Source of the DNA: Alphaproteobacteria bacterium
GTDB lineage: Bacteria; Pseudomonadota; Alphaproteobacteria; UBA828
DNA length: 64,000 nt
Assembly (NCBI GenBank): GCA_965214705.1
Contig: OZ243972.1
Coordinates: forward strand, 1,600,001-1,664,000
Direction: 5' to 3'
The notes beneath the pieces were generated by a model. That model saw only the letters and a list, made by a program, of their open reading frames with translations, made no database searches and was not told where the DNA came from. The position numbers were made by a program, and so were the translations under genes. Below, piece after piece: positions 1 through 8,309 of this stretch (position 1 is its first letter; the number at the start of each line of letters is the position of its first letter).

Positions 1-130
1 CGCCGAACTCGTGGCCACGCAGAAAATCCAAATCCTTCATCGCGATGCCTCCTCCAAGGCTCCTTGCCAAGGCCAAGAGTCAGCCGCGAAATCAGATGCG
101 TTGGAAGTATGGGGCCTCGATACCGCTTAC
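1..130 (-). mobile_element. Possible end of an IS66-like insertion that truncates the toprim gene
   Basis: The minus strand at 130 starts GTAAGCGG, similar to IS66 termini. An RBS (GGAGG) and an ATG at 40 (MKDLDFLRGHEFG) run off the window. Toprim-family sequence starts abruptly at ~143. The other end is not visible. Confidence 0.35.
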
Positions 131-142
131 GTTGAACATAAG

Positions 143-985
143 ACGGATGCGGCCACCGGCGAGCACGGCGACCTGCTCGACCTCATCCGCATCGCCACCG
201 GCGCGGGCTCGCTCCTCGCCGCCCTCGCCGAGGCGCGCGCCTTCCTCTCGCTCCCGCCCGCGACCGCCACCGATGGCGGCTCCGACTCCTACGACCGCAC
301 GGAAGCGGCGCGCCGCCTGTGGCAGCGCTGCCGCGCCATCGACGGCACCCATGCCGAGGCCTATCTGCGCGCCAGAGCGATCCACCGCTGCCGCTTCCCG
401 GCGCTTCGCTACCACCCCGCGCTCTTCTACCGCGACGGCGGCGGCATACGCCGCCTGCCGGCGCTGGTCGCCGCCGTCACCGGCGCCGCGGGGGAACACC
501 CCGGTCACGGGTCCGTTACCGGCGTCCACCGCACCTGGCTCGATCCCTCGCGCCCGGCCAAGGCGCCCGTGGCGCGCCCGCGCAAGGCGCTCGGCCGCGT
601 CCACGGGCTGGCCGTGCGCTTCGGCAGCCCGGCGCCGACCACGCTGCTGGTGGGCGAGGGGATCGAGACGGTGCTGTCGCTGGTCACGGCGATGCCGGAC
701 ACCGTGGCCGCCGCCGCGCTTTCCGCCGGCAGCCTCGGCGCGTTCGCGCCTCCGCCCGGCACAGCCCGGCTCGTCATCGCCCGCGACAACGACCCCGAAG
801 GCGAGCGGGCGGCGGAACGCCTCGCCCGCCGCTGCGCGCAGGCGGGCGTCCCCGTCCATGTCCTCGTTCCCGAGGGCGAGGACTTCAACGACGACCTGCT
901 CGCGCTCGGCTCCGCTGCGCTCGCTGCGCGCGTCGCGCCCCTCTTCCGCTTCGCGGGAGAGAGAGGGGAGCGGGAGTCGGTGTGA
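143..985 (+). pseudogene. Toprim-domain primase-like protein of plasmids/ICEs, 5' part displaced
   Basis: TDAATGEHGDLLDLI, GVHRTWL, LLVGEGIET, ARDND and DFNDDL motifs. The first ~44 codons of ORF 11..985 look unrelated (foreign DNA). Confidence 0.75.
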
Positions 986-1041
986 ACAAGGCGGGGGAGG
1001 AGAGAGAGAACCCGCCCGCCAGGCACGAAGGGAGCACCCGG

Positions 1042-1281
1042 ATGGGACGCTATCGCACCGACCTCACCTTCCGGCGCATCACGCCGGAGGAATCCCGCAT
1101 CTACCAGGACGGCACCATCGTAGGCGAGGTCTACCGGCAGGAAGACATCCTGAATGCGGGCGCGCACTACTACGTCATCCATCTTTCCGAAGACCATCGC
1201 GGCCCCTTCAAGGTGCACGACCGCTCGCGCATCCGCGCCGAGGCGCAGCGTCTCGTCGACACACATCCGTTGTGGCCGTGA
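1042..1281 (+). CDS. Small hypothetical protein (79 aa)
   Basis: ATG at 1042 after GGAG; protein-like composition (MGRYRTDLTFRRITPEESRIYQDG...). Confidence 0.6.
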   Translation: MGRYRTDLTFRRITPEESRIYQDGTIVGEVYRQEDILNAGAHYYVIHLSEDHRGPFKVHDRSRIRAEAQRLVDTHPLWP

Positions 1282-1992
1282 TGACTGCCCCCTCGACCAT
1301 GCCATGCCCTCGTGGATTGTCTTGCGGCCTTCAAGGAAGACTTTGGGCGAGCCGCTTCGCGGCCGAGCTACCCTGCCGAGCCCGCTGCGCGGTCTCGTCC
1401 CTTCGGGCGGGTATCCCTCTCGCCTGCGCTCGCTGCCGCTCGCTGCGCGCTGCGCTTGCCAAAGACAAAGAAGGAGGGGCTTCCAACAAAGGCTCTTCCC
1501 GTCGTTTCGTCCAATCGTCTCACACGTGCTCGCTGCAGCAACCCTGCGGGTCCTACGGTCGCTCCGCTCCCTCCGGCCTGGCCCAGGAAACTCTAAGGCG
1601 GGCCGTGAAGGTCGCCGACCGTGAAGATGGCTTGCGTGTAATCACCGACCTTCCCGTCCTGCAGCGCGCCGGCCCCTGGCGCGGGGCCGCCGCGTCACGC
1701 TGCACCGCATCAAATCCATTCGCGGAACCATTCGTGGCGGCGCCTAGACGCCGGGCAGGCCCAAGCGGGCCCGCCCGGCACGGCGCCGTAATGACCACTG
1801 GAATGGACTTGCTGCGGAGCACCGTTCCCACCGGCACGGCGGCGCCATCTTCCGCACCGAAATCGGCGACCTTCCGCACCGACTCCCGCCCAAGAGCTTC
1901 CAGGGCCAGGTGCTTCCGCTGCGCGCGCGTGACCCGAAAAGGACGTCACGACGGGGCATACCGCCTCGGAGGACGAACCGAAGGAGATCGTC

Positions 1993-2913
1993 ATGATCGA
2001 TACCACCAGCGCTACCGCATCCGCTTCCGCCACCGCAGCAGTCTGCGACAGCATCGCGCTCTATGGCGCCAGCCCTGAGCGCGGCGAGCTCGACAGCCGC
2101 GAGGTCTGGGACGAGGACGACGCCCTCGATGCGCTGAGCGAGGCCATCCGCGTCATGGTGGACGGCGTCACCGTCGACGGCACCCAGATGGCCGACGAGC
2201 GCGAGGCCCTGATGTGGGGCCTGACCAACATGCTGCACTCGCAGGTCACCCGCCTCGACCGGGCCGTCGACCGCATCGCGCCCGAGATGCGCGACCTCGA
2301 GCGCGCGCAGGACGGCACCGAGGTGAAGGCATGGGAGCTGCAGACTCTGACCGACCGCGCACAGAACCTCGGCGACAGGCGCGACGCGTTCGAGAAGCTC
2401 CGCGACGTCGCCGCCGACGCCTACCGTGTCGAGACCGGCGACGTCTGGCGCCCGCGCCACGGATCGCACACCTCGCAGACCGGCCAGCTCACCTCAGCCG
2501 CCATCGACGCCCGCGACTTCCGCCGCGCCCGGCAGGACCGCGAGACCCGCGCGCACCTGCCGGAGGGGACGCTCGTCGCCATCACCGGAGGCAAGACCGT
2601 CAGCGATGCCGACGCCGTCTGGACCACGCTCGACTCCACGCGCGCGAAGTACGGCGACATGGTGCTGCTGCACGGCGGCGGCCCCGGCGTCGAGAAGATC
2701 GCGGCGAGCTGGGCGGATGCGCGCGGTGTCGACCAGGTCGTGTGCCGCCCGGACTGGAAGGCGCACGGCAACGCTGCCCCCTTCCGCCGCAACGACGAGC
2801 TGCTGAACCTACTGCCGAAGGGCGTGATCGCGTTCCCCGGCTCGGGCATCACTGGCAACCTGGTCGACAAAGCGAAGCAGCTCGGCATCCCGGTCATGAG
2901 CGTCGCCGCCTGA
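1993..2913 (+). CDS. DUF2493 (YspA/SLOG-like) domain protein typical of conjugative elements
   Basis: AAGGAG RBS; C-terminal LLHGGGPG, PDWKAHG, APFRRND and FPGSGITGNLVDKA motifs. Confidence 0.85.
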   Translation: MIDTTSATASASATAAVCDSIALYGASPERGELDSREVWDEDDALDALSEAIRVMVDGVTVDGTQMADEREALMWGLTNMLHSQVTRLDRAVDRIAPEMRDLERAQDGTEVKAWELQTLTDRAQNLGDRRDAFEKLRDVAADAYRVETGDVWRPRHGSHTSQTGQLTSAAIDARDFRRARQDRETRAHLPEGTLVAITGGKTVSDADAVWTTLDSTRAKYGDMVLLHGGGPGVEKIAASWADARGVDQVVCRPDWKAHGNAAPFRRNDELLNLLPKGVIAFPGSGITGNLVDKAKQLGIPVMSVAA

Positions 2914-3079
2914 TGGCGACGCTTCCACCTCAACACCGGAGCCGGTCGCTGCCTCAGCGGCGATCGGCTCCCCCCTTTTCGCCGTGCCCACCACCGCGCT
3001 TCGCAGCTCGGCGCATGCGCGCCTGCGCCGCTCTCGCTCACGCCGTTCACCCGTGGCGACCCGTCGTGCGCCGCCGGCT

Positions 3080-3354
3080 CGCGTCAGGCTCGGCGCTAGC
3101 GCGCCATCGCCCGACGCTCGCTCCGCCGGTTGTGCCGCCCGACCCGTCACCTGGCACCGCCGAAGTGCGGCACCCGCGCCGCACCTCGCGCTCACAACTG
3201 CGCCCTCAAGCGACGGACACCGCTCGTCCGCTACGCGTCCGGCTCGGCGCTTGCGCGCCGTCGCCCGACGCTCGCTGACCACACCGCGTCACCCGACGCG
3301 TCACTCGGCACCGTCGAAGTGAACGACCGCCGTCGCACTTCGCGCTCGCAACTG
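3080..3354. repeat. Imperfect ~120-bp direct repeat (3080-3200 and 3234-3354)
   Basis: Both copies begin CGCGTC(A/C)GGCTCGGCGCT, contain CGCCCGACGCTCGCT and GGCACCG(C/T)CGAAGTG, and end CGCGCTC(A/G)CAACTG; offset 154 bp. Confidence 0.8.
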
Positions 3355-3956
3355 ACGCGTTGCCTCGCACGATCTGTCGTGCTCGCGTGCGCTTCGCGCC
3401 TCGCTCGTGCGTCGTCGCCGCGTCCTGCGTGACGCAGTGCCGCGACGTCCCCCCCTCGCATCGATCACCCAAGCTGGGGCCTTGACCGTCTTCATGGCTG
3501 TCATAGGCCCCGGCTCTACGGCGGAGCCGCTTTGGCTCTCACACCTAACGCACCCAGGTGCAATCCGATGTCACCGATACTTACTACTACGCGGGGGATA
3601 CGGTTATCTACGACAATTTGTCGCAATTCGTAGCTCTTACATGCCGGGAAAAGTTACCCTTTATGGGGAACAAATATTGGGCAGTGTTTTCAACATTCTA
3701 CACTGAGATTACCCAAGAACGTCCCAAGACATACTCTATGACAAAACCTGAGTTTCCCAAAATATACCACGTATCTGGGCCCAATACCTGCTACAATGTG
3801 CCGCTCTAATCGCCTTGCACCTACCGGCGTAAACGTCACGAATCAATCATCTAACCTCAGTGTACGGCGTCCTTGTAACGGTCCCACAGATTGCTTTTCG
3901 TCCAGTCCCGTTCGGCCGTAACCAAGTTAAGGAAAACAACGCAGGAGCACCGGGTG

Positions 3957-4253
3957 ATGGCAAAATCGGTTGATAGGCACATCCGGATACATCCCCGACA
4001 CTGGAAGCGCATCCAAGACGTCGCAAGGGAGCGCGGCGTGCCAGCAAATCAGGCTTTGGTCGATCTTGCGTTGGAGGCACTCGACAGCCGCCAATGGCCG
4101 CGAGCCGGTCTCGAGATCCTCTTGTTGCGCTCATGCATGTTCACCGCGCAGGCCGTTGCACGTGACATGATCGCCGCCGGGCGCGAGAACGAGGTGAAGC
4201 AGATAGAAAAGAGCATCTCCACAGTCGCTCCCCAACTGCCGTCGGACCTGTAA
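3957..4253 (+). CDS. Small ribbon-helix-helix-like DNA-binding protein (98 aa)
   Basis: AGGAG RBS; alternating N-terminal strand (DRHIRI) followed by two helices (WKRIQDVARERG, ANQALVDLALEAL). Confidence 0.55.
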   Translation: MAKSVDRHIRIHPRHWKRIQDVARERGVPANQALVDLALEALDSRQWPRAGLEILLLRSCMFTAQAVARDMIAAGRENEVKQIEKSISTVAPQLPSDL

Positions 4254-4729
4254 CTCCTACACCAAATCGTTCCGGTCTTGACGGCTATCGCAATCCTGAT
4301 CCAGCTTCCAGTTTGTCGTATACCATTGTCTCTGGACGGGACGTCGTGTCTCTCGTCAGCGCAAGGTCGCGCCATCGATATGCTCTGGGCCCGATCTGCC
4401 GTGTGCAACAATGCTCGGACGCTCTCTGATTTCGTCGCCGGCACGCAGAGCTGTGTGCCGCCTGGTTTCAAAACCTAAGGATGGACCAATTCGACGGGGG
4501 AGAATCAGGTGGCTCAAGAGCACGGGTTAGGGAGTCTTCGGCTGCGCGAGACCGTACGATCGCGTCCGGGAGTTGATGCCGATGGTCTCCCCGGTGTCAG
4601 CGGCGGCAGGATTATGTACCGTGGGCCAATCTTCCAAGCCGGTCGAAAGATGGAGCAGCGACGGGCGCCATCACGCAAGACCAGGGGAGACGCAACGGTT
4701 CGACATTCAGACAGCTCAGGAGCACAGCC

Positions 4730-5758
4730 ATGAGATTGAAGAGTATCGCGAGTGCAATCGCGGCGGCCGCAGCGCTGGCAGCGGCAGGGTCGGTGCAGGG
4801 CGAGGCAGCGACCCTCGACGACGTGATGGCCAAGGACGAACTCTCTTGTGGCATCAACCACGGCGTTGTGGGCTTCGCCTTCACCGACGACGATGGCAAC
4901 TGGACCGGCTTCGACGTCGCCTATTGCAGGGCGCTGGCGGCCGCCGTACTGGGGGATGCTGACAAGGTTTCCTACACGAACCTGACTGGGAAGAACCGCT
5001 TCCCGGCGCTGGCTTCGGGCGAGGTCGATATTCTGTCGCGGAACACCACCTGGACCTTCTCGCGCGATACCGACCTCGGCTTCACCTTCGTCGGCGTCAA
5101 TTACTATGACGGTCAGGGATTTCTGGGGCGCAAGGCGCTCGGCATCTCCAGCGCCAGGGAACTCGACGGCGCCTCGATCTGCATCCAGACCGGCACCACC
5201 ACCGAGCTCAACCTCGCGGATTTCTTCCGCGTCAACCGCATGTCGTACGAGCCGGTGCCGATCGAAACCAATGCCGAGGCTCGGGCTGCCTATGAAGCGG
5301 ACCGTTGCGATATCTACACGACCGACGCGTCCGGCCTGGCGGCAACCCGGGCGTCGTTCGCCGACCCGGATGCACACATGCTGTTTCCCGAGATCATTTC
5401 GAAGGAACCGTTGGCACCTCTGGTGCGCCAGGGTGACGACCAGTGGGCGGATATCGCACGCTGGGTGCTGAACGCTTTGATCACGGCGGAAGAGCTCGGC
5501 GTAACCCAGGCTAGTGTCATGGAGATGGCCGAGGGGACGGATCATCCGGAGATCAACCGGATGCTCGGCACCGAAGGTTCGCTCGGCGACATGCTGGGCC
5601 TCGATTTCCGGTGGGCCGTTCGGGCGATTGCGGCGGAAGGGAACTACGGCGAGATCTACGACCGATACATTGGGCCGGAAACGGCAATCGGTCTGCCGCG
5701 CGGACTGAATGCTCTTTACCGAGACGGTGGCATCCTCTACTCGCCGCCCTTCCGATGA
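4730..5758 (+). CDS. aapJ: General L-amino-acid ABC transporter substrate-binding protein (AapJ/BztA family)
   Basis: Signal peptide; [48 protein letters not shown] and C-terminal GILYSPPFR. Confidence 0.9.
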   Translation: MRLKSIASAIAAAAALAAAGSVQGEAATLDDVMAKDELSCGINHGVVGFAFTDDDGNWTGFDVAYCRALAAAVLGDADKVSYTNLTGKNRFPALASGEVDILSRNTTWTFSRDTDLGFTFVGVNYYDGQGFLGRKALGISSARELDGASICIQTGTTTELNLADFFRVNRMSYEPVPIETNAEARAAYEADRCDIYTTDASGLAATRASFADPDAHMLFPEIISKEPLAPLVRQGDDQWADIARWVLNALITAEELGVTQASVMEMAEGTDHPEINRMLGTEGSLGDMLGLDFRWAVRAIAAEGNYGEIYDRYIGPETAIGLPRGLNALYRDGGILYSPPFR

Positions 5759-5837
5759 AGTCGAGAGTGCGCGCATCATTTTTCGCACGCCTTGCGCATT
5801 CGCTGCCAGAAAGCAGGCGAGGCAGGGAGCGCCGGAC

Positions 5838-6176
5838 ATGTCGGAGCGCGACTACGAGCTGCTGGTCATAGGATCAGGACCCGCCGGCCATCGGGCAGCG
5901 ATACAGGCGGCGAAGTTCGGCAAGAAGACGGCCGTGGTGGAACGCCAAGCGGTCGTCGGCGGTACCTGCATCAACACCGGCACCATCCCGAGCAAGACGC
6001 TCCGGGAGGCGGTGCTGCACTTCTCCGGCTACCGGGAGCGCAATATCTATGGTGCCTCATACCGGGTGAAGAGGGACATTTCGATGGCGGACCTGCTGGT
6101 CCGCACCGACAACGTCGTCGCCCACGAGCTTGACGTGAACCGCCATCAGCTGCTGCGCAACCGGTCGCGGTCATGA
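5838..6176 (+). pseudogene. sthA: N-terminal fragment of a soluble pyridine nucleotide transhydrogenase
   Basis: [11 protein letters not shown] motif and [18 protein letters not shown]; stops after ~112 aa, far shorter than the full enzyme. Confidence 0.8.
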
Positions 6177-6360
6177 GCGGGTTCGATTGGATCAGCGCCC
6201 GCTCAACCTGCACGGTCAGCGGGGCGTTCAAGCAACTTGAGGAGGATGTCCAAACTGACTTGAGCGATTTCGCTAAGATGTCGGGGATTATATACCTAAG
6301 TGCCACGGCGCTGGACGCCCGGCACAATATCCGGTGCCGATTGACCGGTGGTGTCCTTGG

Positions 6361-6855
6361 TCAGCCGTCTCGTCGCAATATCAAGTTCCTCCCATCCATT
6401 ATATATTCCGTATAGTTCAGACGCTGTTTGAGAGAAAACCTAGCTCTCCTTTCAATCTCCCTCTCCACTTCGCCCCGACTTTCAATATAGCTCTTTATAG
6501 CTGTGACATCTGCACCCCGTGATTCATAAAGAACATCATCCATTCGACTGCTTATCCGCTCTGTTGGCACCAAGCGCCTAGGAAGAAGTGCAATGAATAT
6601 CTCCATGACACGCACGTGATTGTATTCCGGGTACAGTCTCGCCATGTCAGCCAGCACATAAAGGCCGCGCACGCGAGCTGCCATATTCTCACTGCGCACC
6701 AGTTCAACGGCCATTTTGAATCTCTCGTCAAGAAGACCTTGCTTCGCTGCGATTTGCTGCTTCTGCTCCGTCAAACCCCTGTAAACCGCAACCACCACGC
6801 CCAAAGCTGCCACGATGATCGTTACGATGAACCACCAAACTGGGGCCTCGATCAC
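6361..6855 (-). CDS. Hypothetical membrane protein (one N-terminal TM), lower GC
   Basis: 164-aa ORF with a hydrophobic N-terminus followed by ERFKMAVELV...ARVRGLYVL helices. Confidence 0.6.
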   Translation of the reverse strand: MIEAPVWWFIVTIIVAALGVVVAVYRGLTEQKQQIAAKQGLLDERFKMAVELVRSENMAARVRGLYVLADMARLYPEYNHVRVMEIFIALLPRRLVPTERISSRMDDVLYESRGADVTAIKSYIESRGEVEREIERRARFSLKQRLNYTEYIMDGRNLILRRDG

Positions 6856-6867
6856 AAGCGCCTCTCC

Positions 6868-7116
6868 TCAGCTCACCGCGCGCTCACCGGCAGCATTGAG
6901 CGTGACGTACTTCGCCAGCTTCATGCCCTTATAGACTTCCGTCTTATGGGGGTCCGGCACGCATGACTGGCGGACGAGCTGAGGGACAGAGACCCCGCAT
7001 CGCTCAATCTCGTCGGCATACTTGATCCCGAATAAGTGGACCATCGCCATGGCTTCACGATGAGGGGCATTGCGGTAGAAGCGGGAGAGGATGGCTGCGA
7101 GTTCGTCCGGTCTCAT
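6868..7116 (-). CDS. Small HTH-like domain protein (82 aa)
   Basis: GGAGAG RBS; MVHLFGIKYADEI...TEVYKGMKLAKYV signature of a small conserved family. Confidence 0.7.
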   Translation of the reverse strand: MRPDELAAILSRFYRNAPHREAMAMVHLFGIKYADEIERCGVSVPQLVRQSCVPDPHKTEVYKGMKLAKYVTLNAAGERAVS

Positions 7117-7459
7117 GATCTCTCCGCGCTCGCTGCTATCCCGTGAATCACGCTGACGGCCGGCTGGCTCAACAGCTCGCGGTTCTCCGCAATGTCCGCG
7201 TCGATACGGCACACCTCGTTATAGTCGCCGCGGTGAGCTGCCGCCATGCGAAGCACATCAAGGTCGTTCAAAATGCTCTTAGTGAATTCATCCGTGACAG
7301 GCTCCTGAATTGGAGCCCCGGCTTGACATCACCGTGCCGTGCCCATAGAGAAGACAAAGCCGAAGCGTGGCCAGCCGAGGCTCGCAGTTGATCAACAAGC
7401 GCCCGCAGTTCCCGCTGCGGGCGCTTGGCGTTCTAACAGGATTCGTCCGTCACTTCCAT

Positions 7460-7931
7460 TCAGCAAGTGTCAGCGTTCACCCGCAAGAATTCGTCGACAA
7501 AGCGATCAACGAGCTCCGATACATTCGACAGGATGTAGCCTGCGTCCCCGCCGTGTGTACCGGTGCTGCCAGTTTCCCAGGTTCTGGCGAAACCTTCTCT
7601 GCCGGATACCGGGTCATTGAGCCATTTGTTGTAGGCTAAGCCGATGCTATTACGCTCGGCCCACTACAGCCACGTTCACATACACATATGTGAACGGAGC
7701 GTCGGCCTCATATAGCCGGGCCGCACGAAGCCTGCTGCGCACGGCAATCGTGATCGACTCCTTCGTCAACCCAATGTCAGCGGCGTCCTTGTGCAACCCT
7801 TCGATGACCAAGTCCGTGGGCAGACAGTATTGCCAGAGCTGAAAACGGTCGTAGTCACTCACCTCCTCGGCCGATGCCGGTGCGGTGGTGAGTGCGAGCG
7901 CCGCAGCGATCATGATGGAGGCTACTCGCAT
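7460..7931 (-). pseudogene. Secreted hypothetical protein with a 1-nt frameshift at ~7650
   Basis: Signal peptide ORF 7650..7931. Removing one A from GCGTAATAGC continues as YSIGLAYNKW...GTHGGDAGYILS...EFLRVNADTC to a TGA at 7460. Confidence 0.65.
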
Positions 7932-8309
7932 GGTGATCTCCTGATGGAGGCAGCTGGGCAGGGACTGTCGAGCCGGCCCACCGACCGTCTGCTAATGGCC
8001 AAGGGCCAAGAGGGCCGCCAATTCTATGAAAGCAATGATGCTGAATCCAAGCACATATCCGAGAAAATTCATCAGCTGATAGTTCCAAGATAATTCTACC
8101 GTGCACTGGATGTTGGGGCAGAACTCCGCAAACCCTGGGAGCGTCGAAGCGGCGCTTTATCCGGCCGGAATTAGGTTATCGTGGCCGGTTTCAATCCAGG
8201 CAGTCAACCAAGGCCGGAAGCATGCATCGTACGAAGCTGGCGATAGGAACTGCATTGGCGCCCGGCAGCGTCTGGAGCCTGCGCCGCGTACTCACAAATC
8301 AATTGCCGG

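Noticed and set aside
6300-8300. Integron cassette array
   Set aside because: Only partial GTTRRRY/RYYYAAC-like sites (e.g. ~7218, ~7431); no convincing paired attC and no intI.
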